Shown: positions 26,339 through 36,168 of the stretch, piece after piece
How positions within the stretch are numbered: position 1 is the stretch's first letter
How the letters are laid out: each line of letters starts with the position of its first letter
Source: Folioceros fuciformis
Taxonomy: Eukaryota
Direction: 5' to 3'
DNA: 64,000 nt
Assembly: GCA_049999805.1 (NCBI GenBank)
Contig: JBNGIO010006284.1
Span: 153,434-217,433, forward strand
Notes under the pieces: generated by a model
Databases searched by the model: none
What the model saw: only the letters and a program-made list of their open reading frames with translations
What the model was told of the DNA's origin: nothing
Made by a program: the position numbers and the translations under genes

Positions 26339-29300
26339 TCATCCAACTCTCCAGAGGCTTTCGTCCGCAACCAAGAAGTTATGCACCAGACCATCCACGT
26401 CGGTCCACCAGCACTGTCCAGGCTGCTTCCATGCCCTGATTCCTGTTCGCCTCGTCTGCGTTTCATGTGCCCGCTCCCACATCCGGGCACCTCTGTATAT
26501 ATTCAACATCAAAACATAAGCTGCGGCGTCCATTTTGTCTACCTTCAAGGCTTCATCAAAGGCATGACATCCCAGCTCGACTTCGCCCCACTTTTGACAA
26601 GCACCTAACAGAGCGTGCCAAACGGCAGCACTAGGTTGAACAGGAATTGTCCTTAACAAATCCAGAGCTTCCTCCAATCGGCCTGCACGACCCAGGAGAT
26701 CCACCATGCATGTGTAGTGCTCTGCGGTAGGAGTGATGCCATAGTGTCTGCTCATAGCCTTGAAGTACTGTTGCCCCTCGTGCACTAGCCCCTTGTGACT
26801 GCATACTGTTAAAACACAGAGGAATGTGATGTCTGTTGGCTGTATGCCATCCCATCTCATTCTGTGGAACAAGTCAAAGACAACTTTGCTGTCTCCTTGA
26901 CAAGTGTACCCTGCTATCAGCGAATTCCAGACTACGCCGTCTCTTTCAATCAATGTGTCAAAGACCTGCTGTGCATCAACCATGCTCCCCACCTTTGAAT
27001 ACATGTTTATCAGACTAGCTGCTACAAGAACATCAGTGTGAAGCCCTTGTTGTTCAATCTCTGCGTGGAGCTGCCTTCCCACCTGCAAAGCTGCCACATT
27101 TGCACATGCCTTCAGAAGGCACACATATGTCACAGGGTCCGGTGCAATTATGCGGCCCTCTTGCATAGCCTTGTAAAGACACAGGGCTTCCTGTCCCATC
27201 CCCTGCTGGGAATATCCTGAAATCAGAGCATTCCACGTGACAACATCCTTCTGAGCAAGCCCGTCGAATATCCTGTGCGCATCTTCTAAGCTACCACATT
27301 TTGCGTACATGTAGACCAAGCTATTCGCAACAAGCACATCTGCTTGAAGTCTTCGTTCTCTAATTTGTGCATGAAGCTCCTTCCCTTTCTCCAGAGCGAG
27401 GGTACCCACACTTGCACATGCTTGCAAGAGGGAAACATATGTCACATAATCAGGTGACACAAGGTCTTCATCTTGCATAACATTGTATAAAGAAAGGGCC
27501 TCCTCACCCAATCCTTGTTGGGAATATCCTGCAATCACGGCATTCCATGTCACTACATCTTTCTCAGGAAGCTGGTCAAAAATGCTTCGGGCATCTTGCA
27601 ACTTGCCAGATTTTGCATATCCTGTTATGAGGGTGGTCCATGTTACCATGTTCTTTTGACGAAGTCCATCAAACACGGCCTGAGCATGCCCTAGGCTGCC
27701 ACACTTTGCATACATGTTTACCAGACTGCAGCCTACAACAGCATCAATATTAAGTCCTCGTTCAACAATCTGTTGATGAAGCTGTTTTCCCCTTTCCAAA
27801 GCCAGTGTACCAACACTTGCACATGCCTGCAGCATAGACACAAATGTCACGGCGTTGGGTGCAGAGATGCTCTCCTCTTGCATGGCACTGTAGATTTGAA
27901 GGGCTTTCGGACCCATGCCTTGCTGGGAATATCCTGCTATCAATGCTGTCCAAGTCACAACATCCTTGTATGCGAGTGCATCGAACACGCTTTGAGCGTC
28001 TTCCAAGCAACCGCACTTTGCGTACATGTTTACCAGGCCACTCCCAACACGAACATGAACCTCATGCCCTTGTTCTCTAATCTCTGCATGAAGCTGTTTC
28101 CCCTTCTCCAAAGCCGGTGTTCCCACACTTGCACAAGCCTGTAACAGAGACACAAACGTCACAGCATTGGGTGCGGCAACACCTTCCTCTTGCATAGCAC
28201 TGTAAAGCTGTAGGGCTTCCTGACCCATGCCCTGGTGGGAATAGCCTGCCAAAAGAGCAGTCCAAGTCACCACATCTTTCTTACCGAGTCCTTCAAACAT
28301 TCTTCGGGCATCTTCCAAGCTGCCGCACTTTGCATACATGTTCACCAAGCTGTTCGCCACAGAGACATCAGTTTCAAGCGCTCGTTCTCTAGTTTGAGCA
28401 TGAAGCTGCTTCCCACGCTCCAATGCCGGGTTACCCACAAGTGCACAGGCCTGCAGGAGAGAAACAAATGTCACAGCATTGGGTGTAGCAACGCCTTCCT
28501 CTTGCATGGCACCGTAAAGGTCAAGGGCCTCTTCACCCATGCCCTGCTGCGAATATCCTGCAATCAAAGCGGTCCATGTCACCACATCTCTCCGCCGAAG
28601 TCCATCAAACACTCGTCGAGCATCTTTCAAGCTACCACACTTGGCGTACATGTCCACCAAGCAGTTAGAAACAATCAGATGAGGCTCAGTACCTCTGGCC
28701 AATATATCAGCATGCACCTGGTGCCCGGTTTCCAAGTCTCCCATCTTTGCACAAGCCTGAAGGGCTGCCGCAAACACATGCCCATCTGGCTTCACATTTG
28801 AAGCTCGCATGTCATGGTACAGCTGTACGGCCTGCTGAGCTTGTCCAAGGGCAACATGTGCAGAGATTACGGAAGACCACATGAAGGCATCTGGCACAGC
28901 AACCACGGTAAAGACTTCCATCGCCTCCTGCAACTTGCCCTGAGAAGCATACATCCGGAGGATGTGGTTGCACATGAAAGTATCCGATTCATACCCAACT
29001 CTCACAGTGAGAGCATGCACACACCGACCCACAATCAGGTCCTTGTAAACAGCACACTTTTTAATCATAGAATAGAACAGCGTTCGAGAAACACGACAGT
29101 CTGTCTGCACCAGAACTCCCAGAGCCTCAACAGCCTCAGAGAGATGCCCCTGCTCACATAACTGGCTCAAGCCCTCTGACATTACTATCCTTTCATATCC
29201 TACAGGCCTGCGAAGGTACCCGTCATCTGGCATGCTCCAGTTTGAACCATGAGCAGGACACAAACAGCCTCTTGGAAGAGGCCCTGCCCCTCTTGATGAC

Positions 29301-29428
29301 AACGATGTGCACCCATGATTTCGTGAAGTATTCAGTGAACCCATCCAGCCAAGACTGAGCCTAAAATGCAACCCTAGAGCCAGAGCACCGGAGCTGAATG
29401 TTGGGCAGACGATAGTTGGCACGTCCAT
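26339..29428 (-). CDS. PLS-class PPR protein (PPR-2), E1-E2 plus WW-type box, DYW truncated
   Basis: Repeated SLVNMYAKCGSLEDA / VVTWTALIAGYSQQG / VTFVSLLQACA motifs; ends AWKQPGQCWWTDVDGLVHNF. Confidence 0.93.
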   Translation of the reverse strand: MDVPTIVCPTFSSGALALGLHFRLSLGWMGSLNTSRNHGCTSLSSRGAGPLPRGCLCPAHGSNWSMPDDGYLRRPVGYERIVMSEGLSQLCEQGHLSEAVEALGVLVQTDCRVSRTLFYSMIKKCAVYKDLIVGRCVHALTVRVGYESDTFMCNHILRMYASQGKLQEAMEVFTVVAVPDAFMWSSVISAHVALGQAQQAVQLYHDMRASNVKPDGHVFAAALQACAKMGDLETGHQVHADILARGTEPHLIVSNCLVDMYAKCGSLKDARRVFDGLRRRDVVTWTALIAGYSQQGMGEEALDLYGAMQEEGVATPNAVTFVSLLQACALVGNPALERGKQLHAQTRERALETDVSVANSLVNMYAKCGSLEDARRMFEGLGKKDVVTWTALLAGYSHQGMGQEALQLYSAMQEEGVAAPNAVTFVSLLQACASVGTPALEKGKQLHAEIREQGHEVHVRVGSGLVNMYAKCGCLEDAQSVFDALAYKDVVTWTALIAGYSQQGMGPKALQIYSAMQEESISAPNAVTFVSMLQACASVGTLALERGKQLHQQIVERGLNIDAVVGCSLVNMYAKCGSLGHAQAVFDGLRQKNMVTWTTLITGYAKSGKLQDARSIFDQLPEKDVVTWNAVIAGYSQQGLGEEALSLYNVMQDEDLVSPDYVTYVSLLQACASVGTLALEKGKELHAQIRERRLQADVLVANSLVYMYAKCGSLEDAHRIFDGLAQKDVVTWNALISGYSQQGMGQEALCLYKAMQEGRIIAPDPVTYVCLLKACANVAALQVGRQLHAEIEQQGLHTDVLVAASLINMYSKVGSMVDAQQVFDTLIERDGVVWNSLIAGYTCQGDSKVVFDLFHRMRWDGIQPTDITFLCVLTVCSHKGLVHEGQQYFKAMSRHYGITPTAEHYTCMVDLLGRAGRLEEALDLLRTIPVQPSAAVWHALLGACQKWGEVELGCHAFDEALKVDKMDAAAYVLMLNIYRGARMWERAHETQTRRTGIRAWKQPGQCWWTDVDGLVHNFLVADESLWRVG

Positions 29429-29721
29429 CCGCCTTTGCAGAGATAACCTGTTTCCACAAGCGTTGCAGGAGGCATCGCTACACACCCATGTGGATCTTTG
29501 GAAGAATATTGAAGAGTGTCTATCAACTTGCCGAATTCAGAACTGAATGAAGCCCGGTATGAGAAACTCGGTCAAGCAGCCTAAAGAATTACAGAAGCTG
29601 TGACCCTCTAAGCTGGCATGGTCGACCCCAACCATCCTCCATCCCCGTACATGGCGAGCCACCCTGGTTCAGCCACGCATAAAATATTAAAATACCTAAA
29701 ATACAGTTAAACTTGTACGGT

Positions 29722-29794
29722 GGGGATGTAGCTCAGATGGTAGAGCGCTCGCTTAGCATGCGAGAGGTACGGGGATCGATACCCCGCATCTCCA
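29722..29794 (+). tRNA. tRNA-Ala(AGC)
   Basis: ggggatgtagctcagatggtagagcgctcgctTAGCAtgcgagagg...catctcca, intact cloverleaf. Confidence 0.96.
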
Positions 29795-30731
29795 TAATCG
29801 TACAATGTGTTAACATACTGTGATTCCTCGGAAATTTTGTAACTCTATTTTAACAAGTTTTGATATATCTGGAATGTTTAATCAAAGGGGAATGAATATA
29901 GGCGCATACATGATTTTCATAGCGCAGGTGATTAGCATCCAAGAGTTGGTTGGAGAGAGCAAAGCACAGCACTGCTACATTACTCATATTATCTCAAGAT
30001 AAAAAAGATTGTCTGGGACAAACGAAATCACTTGAGGGAGTCTGCACGACCGTGTGAACAATGTGGCTTGGGTTGGCCTACAAGGGGACCACACATCTTC
30101 CTTATTGCTTTATCAACATATGCAAGAAAGAGGCTTCCTAAGCTTCACTCTGATACACTAACAACTCAAAAAACCCTCAACTCAATAATGCGGCTCTTGA
30201 GAACTTTGAACGACCCTACACACTACAATGCTGCACTTAATAGCTGTAACCACGTCTCATCGGCTTAAGGCCACAAACAAAGAGACTTAGCAACATGTGT
30301 TGGCTGAGCTGCTGTGACCAGGACAGCCAAACGGTGGGAATCCTTCGCTTTCACGTGTTTCTCAAAGCGTAGATTTTCCAACGCTAGGGAGTAAGTCTTC
30401 TCCTAATGCTGCCGCTTGCTCATGGAGGAGCTGGTTCTCACATGCTCAAGAGGGCTTGTCCACGAGCTTGCCTGTGATGGAAGCTTGGTCTTCCTTGCCA
30501 GCCGACGAGGCCAGCGATACATACGTAGTAGTCCTGTGCTCCAAAAGAGATTCTCACATAAACTCGTTCCGTATGTCAAAGTAGGCTCGTGCATAATTCC
30601 ACTCCTCATGCATGTGGAGTACTTGGCTAGTGCGTAGGAATCAAATGGCGAGCTGTAGGAGCACGAGAGCTTTGCCTTGAGGCCTGCACCGTGCTCATGG
30701 TCATCTGATTACCTCCCATCTTCTTTCCATG

Positions 30732-33700
30732 TCACCAGCATGCCCATTCCCTCGCTTTTAAGTCACAGTCGAGAGCCGGAGATGAGGGCTCGGGAGCCTC
30801 TCTCGTCATTTCAGAGACGAGCTGTTTCAGTCTGGCATATATGTGTTCAATCTCAGGATGCCTCGTGTCCCCAACCACAAAACTGTGAACCAGTCCTGCA
30901 TTGTCTGTCCACCAGCTTCGGCCTGGCTGCTTCCATGCTCTGATTCCTATTCTCCTCGCCTGCATCTCCTCTGCCTGCTCCCACATGAAGGCATTTGTGC
31001 ATATGTTTGACATCAAGACATACGCTGCAGCATCTTTCTCATCTAGCTTCACTGTTTCATCAAAAGCATGGCATGCAACCTCAACGTCATCCCACTTTTG
31101 ACAAGCACCCAACAGAGTGCGCCAAACAGCAGTATTGGGCAGCACAGGCATCGTCCTTATCAAAGAAAGTGCCTCGTGGATTCGGCCTGCCCGCCCCAGG
31201 AGATCCACCATGCATGTATAGTGCTCTACGGTGGGAGTGATGCCAAAGTATCTGCTCATAGCCTTGAAGTATTCTTGCCCCCTGGTCACCAGACCTGCAT
31301 GGCTGCACGCCGTCAGTACACTGAGGAATGTGATATCGGCTGGCTGTATGCCATCTTCACTCATTTTGTGAAACAAGTCCAAGACTCCTGCAGTGTCCCC
31401 TTGACGGGCGTAACCTGCAATCAGTGCATTCCAGGCCACATCATCTCTTTCGGGCATTGCATCAAATACTTGCTGCGCATCAACCATGCTCCCAGACTTC
31501 CCGTACATGTTTATCAAACTGCTGGCTACGAGCACATCAAATTGAAGGCCATGTTCTTCGATGTGTGCATGCAGCTGCCTTCCCAGATGCAAAGCCGCTA
31601 CATCTGCACATGCCTGTAGCAGGCACACAAATGTCACAGAATTGGGTGCCACAATGCCTTCGTCTTGCATAGCACCATAAAGACGAAGGGCTTCCAGTGC
31701 CATGCCCTGCTGCGAATAGCCGTTTATTATGGCAGTCCACGACACCACGTTCTTTTCATGAAGTCCGTCAAATACGCCCTGGGCATACTCTAGGCTGCCA
31801 CACTTTGCATACATGTCTACCAAACTGCTGGCTACAACTACATCAGATTGAAGCCCCTGTTCTCTGATTTCTGCGTGAAGTTGCTTTCCCTTCTCCCAAG
31901 CTGGGTTGCCAACATTAGCACATGCCTGCAGCAGAGACACAAATGTCACAGAATCAGGTGCCGTGATACCTTCTTTTTTCATAGCCAAGTAGAGATGAAG
32001 GGCTTCCTGACCCATGCCCTGCTGGGAATATCCTGCTATCATGGCATTCCACGTCACAACATTCTTTTGACCCAATCCATCAAACACTTCCTGGGCATTT
32101 TCTAGGCTGCCACACTTTGCGTACATGTTCACTAAACTACTGGCTACAAACACATCGGGTTCAAGTCCTCGTTCTCTAATTTGCGAATGAAGTTGTCTAC
32201 CCTTCTCTAAAGCCAAAGTGCCTACACTTGCACATGCCTGCAGGAGGCACACAAATGTTACTGAATCTGGTACAGCCATGCCTTCTTGTTGCATGCTGTT
32301 ATATAGATGAAGGGCTTCCTGGCCCATCCCCTGCCGAGAATAACCTGCTATCAAAGCAGTCCAGGTCACAACACTTTTTTGACCAAGCCCACCAAACACG
32401 ATCTGAGCATCTTCCAAACAGCCACACTTTGCATACATATTTACAAGGCTGAAACCTAGAATCTCACCGACGTCAAGTCCTTGTTCTCTAATCTGTTCAT
32501 GAAGTTGCCTCCCCTTTTCCCAAGCCAGGGGACCAATACTAGCACATGCCTGCAGGAGAAACACAAACGTCAGAGAATCAGGCATGGCACCGCCTTGTTC
32601 TTGCATTGCACTGTAGAGGCCGAGGGCTTCGTGAGCCATTCCCTGCTGGGAATATCCTGCTATAAGAGCTGTCCAAGTCACCACATCTTTTTGACCAAGT
32701 ACACGAAAAAGTCGTTCAGCATCTTCCAAGCTGCCACACTTCACATACATATTTACCAAACTGTTGGCTACAAATGTGTTTGATTGTAATTGTTCCCTAA
32801 TTTGTGCGTGAAGCTGCCTCCCCCTTTCCAAAGCTGGAGGGCCCATACTGGCGCATACCTGCAGCAAGCAAGAAAATGTCACAGAATCAGGTGCAACAAT
32901 GCCCTCTTCTTCCATAGCCCTGTAAATGCGAAGGGCTTCTGAGCTACTTCCGCGGTGAATATACCCTGCTATGAGAGCATTCCATGTGACCACATTTTTC
33001 TGCCCGAGACAGTCAAAGACACGTTGAGCATCTTCCGGGCTGCCACACTTTGCATACATGTTGACCAGGCTGCAACCTACAATAGCATCGACCTTAAACC
33101 TTAGCTCTCCAATACGTGCATGAAGCTGCTTCCCATTTTCTAGAGCGACGGGGCCCAAACTTGCGCATGCCTGCAAGAGAGACACCAGTGTCACGGCATC
33201 CGGTTCAACAATGCATCCTTCTTGCATAGCACGGTAGAGAGAAAGAGCTTCCTGACCCCTGCCCTGCTGTGCATATCCTGCTATTAGAGCAGTCCACGTC
33301 ACCACATCCTTGTTGCACAGTCCATCGAAGACTGTCTGGGCCTCTTCCAAGCGGCCACATTTTGCATACATGTTTACCAAACTGTTGGCCACACACACAT
33401 CCGCTTCATGACTACGTTGGATGATCTGTGCATGAAGCTGCTTCCCCTTCTCCAAACCCGGGACGCCCACGCTTGCACAAGCCTGGAGAAGGCACAAAAA
33501 AGTCACAGTATCAGGAGAAACCGCGCCTTCTTCTTGCATAGCACCGTAGAGACAAAGGGCTTCTTTGGCCATGCTCTGCTGGGAGTACCCGCCTATCATG
33601 GCATTCCAAGTTGACACATTTTTTCGACCAAGCCCATCAAACACACTCTTAGCGTCCTCCAGGCTCCCACACTTCGCATACATGTTTACCAGGTTGCATC

Positions 33701-34454
33701 CTACAACAACATCGACCATAACTCCTCCTTCACCCATCTGTGCCGCTCCCCACACGTCAGCATGCACGTGCTGCCCAGCTGTCAAGTCCCTAGCCCTTGC
33801 ACAAGCTTGAAGAGCTGCTGCAAATACATGACCATCTGGCTTCACACCGGACTCGCGCATGCGGTGATACAACCGTATGGCCTGCTCAGCCTCTCCATGG
33901 TTGACATGTGAAGAAATTATGGATGACCACATGAAAGCATCTGGCTCCTCAACCCAGGTGAACACATCCATCGCTTCCTGCAACATGGCATGAGAAGCAT
34001 ACAATCGCATGATATGATTGCACAAGAACGTGTCCGAGCCGTACCCCCGCTCCACCATGAGAGCATGAACACGGCGACCCAGAACCAAGTCCCTCTGCAC
34101 CACACACTTCTTGATGACTGCGTAAAATACAGATCGAGCTATGAGACAATCCGTCTGCACCAGCACTCCCAGAGCCTCAACAGCCTCACTGATCTGCGCT
34201 TGCTGGGATAGCCGCGTCACGGTTTCAGCAGTCACTCCTTGGACACACCCTGCAAGCGTACGCTCATCCGGGGAGTCCGACGCAGGGTGCATACCCGGTC
34301 CGCACCTTGGGGTGAGACAACCACCAGCTTTGTTCCTGGAGAATGTGGCATTCCACCCATATTTCGCTCCCGGGAACGCAAGAGCTGTAGCTCCAGGAGG
34401 CCCTCTGCGTGTGTGATGTGCGACGCGGCAGGCAGCAATCACTCGCACAAGCAT
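30732..34454 (-). CDS. PLS-class PPR protein (PPR-3), WW-type E+, DYW truncated
   Basis: Long P-L-S array; AWKQPGRSWWTDNAGLVHSFVVGDTRHPEIEHIYARLKQL; stops just before the HxE position. Confidence 0.94.
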   Translation of the reverse strand: MLVRVIAACRVAHHTRRGPPGATALAFPGAKYGWNATFSRNKAGGCLTPRCGPGMHPASDSPDERTLAGCVQGVTAETVTRLSQQAQISEAVEALGVLVQTDCLIARSVFYAVIKKCVVQRDLVLGRRVHALMVERGYGSDTFLCNHIMRLYASHAMLQEAMDVFTWVEEPDAFMWSSIISSHVNHGEAEQAIRLYHRMRESGVKPDGHVFAAALQACARARDLTAGQHVHADVWGAAQMGEGGVMVDVVVGCNLVNMYAKCGSLEDAKSVFDGLGRKNVSTWNAMIGGYSQQSMAKEALCLYGAMQEEGAVSPDTVTFLCLLQACASVGVPGLEKGKQLHAQIIQRSHEADVCVANSLVNMYAKCGRLEEAQTVFDGLCNKDVVTWTALIAGYAQQGRGQEALSLYRAMQEGCIVEPDAVTLVSLLQACASLGPVALENGKQLHARIGELRFKVDAIVGCSLVNMYAKCGSPEDAQRVFDCLGQKNVVTWNALIAGYIHRGSSSEALRIYRAMEEEGIVAPDSVTFSCLLQVCASMGPPALERGRQLHAQIREQLQSNTFVANSLVNMYVKCGSLEDAERLFRVLGQKDVVTWTALIAGYSQQGMAHEALGLYSAMQEQGGAMPDSLTFVFLLQACASIGPLAWEKGRQLHEQIREQGLDVGEILGFSLVNMYAKCGCLEDAQIVFGGLGQKSVVTWTALIAGYSRQGMGQEALHLYNSMQQEGMAVPDSVTFVCLLQACASVGTLALEKGRQLHSQIRERGLEPDVFVASSLVNMYAKCGSLENAQEVFDGLGQKNVVTWNAMIAGYSQQGMGQEALHLYLAMKKEGITAPDSVTFVSLLQACANVGNPAWEKGKQLHAEIREQGLQSDVVVASSLVDMYAKCGSLEYAQGVFDGLHEKNVVSWTAIINGYSQQGMALEALRLYGAMQDEGIVAPNSVTFVCLLQACADVAALHLGRQLHAHIEEHGLQFDVLVASSLINMYGKSGSMVDAQQVFDAMPERDDVAWNALIAGYARQGDTAGVLDLFHKMSEDGIQPADITFLSVLTACSHAGLVTRGQEYFKAMSRYFGITPTVEHYTCMVDLLGRAGRIHEALSLIRTMPVLPNTAVWRTLLGACQKWDDVEVACHAFDETVKLDEKDAAAYVLMSNICTNAFMWEQAEEMQARRIGIRAWKQPGRSWWTDNAGLVHSFVVGDTRHPEIEHIYARLKQLVSEMTREAPEPSSPALDCDLKAREWACW

Positions 34455-34743
34455 CCCAATAACCTGCGGACTCAAGCTTTAACACAAAACCACACTCAGT
34501 CACGGCATCGGAGCCAGTGCCACAGACGCTTGAGTCCATATCCGCATGCACCAGCACAGATGCGCTGCATACAGTAGTCCTTCTCATACACCAGGCCACG
34601 GACTTTCACGGAGTCCTGGGCTAGAACGTGAAGAAGAGCTTGCAACCATATCCAAAATCAATCTGACCACCATGGGAAGGAATGGTAGGATCCAAAAACA
34701 AATTCAAAGCGTTGGATGGAGATGTCAACGGATAGTGTAATCA

Positions 34744-34816
34744 TTCCGTTGCCGGGACTCGAACCCGGGTCGCTCGGGTGAGAGCCGAGTATCCTAACCG
34801 TCTAGACTACAACGGA
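34744..34816 (-). tRNA. tRNA-Glu(CTC)
   Basis: Reverse complement tccgttgtagtctagacggttaggatactcggctCTCacccgagcgacccgggttcgagtcccggcaacggaa. Confidence 0.96.
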
Positions 34817-34879
34817 TGTACATGCGATAGGGAGAGATTTTGTTATATATATGTTTAAATATTTTGTAGGCACAGGGTT

Positions 34880-35400
34880 CTCAAACTCCCAAAACTTTTC
34901 TACATAGTCGAATGAACCACAACTGTGTTGAACAACTATTGTTGGGTGGGGATCCTCTCGAGGTGCATCCTAAAACATTGTCTCTAGACCTCATATTGGT
35001 ACTCCATTTAAGAACTGGAGTAGAGGGAGAGACTCTCCACTCGAGTGTTGGGCCATCGATAATCCACCAGGGTCAGACAACTTCCAGAGGCTAGGAATTA
35101 TAGAAGAAGGTCAGACAACTTCCAGAGGCTAGGAATTATAGAAGAACATGAGATAGTGATGTACTAGATCCCTTCCATTGAAGAAGGACCTTGGTCTTCT
35201 TGAAATCAAATACGAGATTGTGGCCACCCGGATTCCTTCAACTGAAAGAAGAACATGACCTTGGTCTTCTTAAGGTTAGCTTCCACATCACTAGTTTCAC
35301 AGAAACGCCACAATACACCCAAATTGCTTTTGGAGACGTTTAGAAGAACGAGATAAGAGGGCAATGTCATTTGCATACAGCAAATGAAATGTTTATGAAA
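34880..35400 (-). mobile_element. Degenerate non-LTR (LINE, RTE-like) reverse transcriptase fragment
   Basis: Minus strand with one frameshift reads HLLYANDIALLSRSSKRLQKQ/LGVLWRFCETSDVEANLKKTKVMFF (YADD motif region followed by N.xKTKVM). Confidence 0.75.
35071..35146 (+). repeat. Perfect 38-bp tandem duplication
   Basis: ggtcagacaacttccagaggctaggaattatagaagaa x2. Confidence 0.95.
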
Positions 35401-36168
35401 AAAAAGAAAAAGAAAGGGAAGCAGATCCCTAAACTTTAGCTCATCAATGTGGCCTGTAGCCAAATCAGTGTATCAAAGCTTTGGAACCGAAATCCTGGAA
35501 CTTTGGCTCGGAGCACACCAATGTATGGACTGTTGCTGGAGCAGCTGCCAAGTCCTGGTATGTAGGCACTTAGGCAACAGGCCACGGACGCAGTTGGACG
35601 TCCTGGACTTCAATCAATGCACTGAAGAACTTGTAGCCACATTGAAAATAGCATGAGTTCCATGGACAGAACAGGAATGAAGACTTGAAGCATTCTACTT
35701 GGTGGCCTGGACACAGGCACGATGCGGGCAACGAAATTCGAACCCAAATTGTTTTATTGAGAACTGGGTATCTAACCATGTAACCTGCACCAGATCTGCC
35801 CCCTGGGTTGCCATCTGGCTTGACAACCTGGTCTCCAGATTCGCATGCTGCGTGTCTGACTTTGCAGCTCTCCAGACAACCATGTTTACAATCTTGGAAC
35901 TTTGGAAATTGGAATGCTTATCGCTGGGAGCATGCAGGCTTGAGGATGTTGAGTTTTGTCGTTTTTTTGTCTTTTGGCAACTTGCCGGGACAGCAGCAGC
36001 GCGCAGCAGCAAGCAATCCATCCAGCAGGAGCAAATTCCCTGTGGTTAGGTTGTTTTTGTCTACTTGTCCAAGCATCATGTGTGCTGGACGATCTCTTCC
36101 GAGTAGCAACGGAAGTGCAAGGGTGTGTACAGGAGACACAGGTTCAGGTTCACCGTGTGCTTCCAAAA

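Noticed and set aside
30732-30734. TGA of PPR-3 repaired by U-to-C editing or readthrough
   Set aside because: Nuclear transcript, and the downstream motif lacks the catalytic Glu and CxxC anyway
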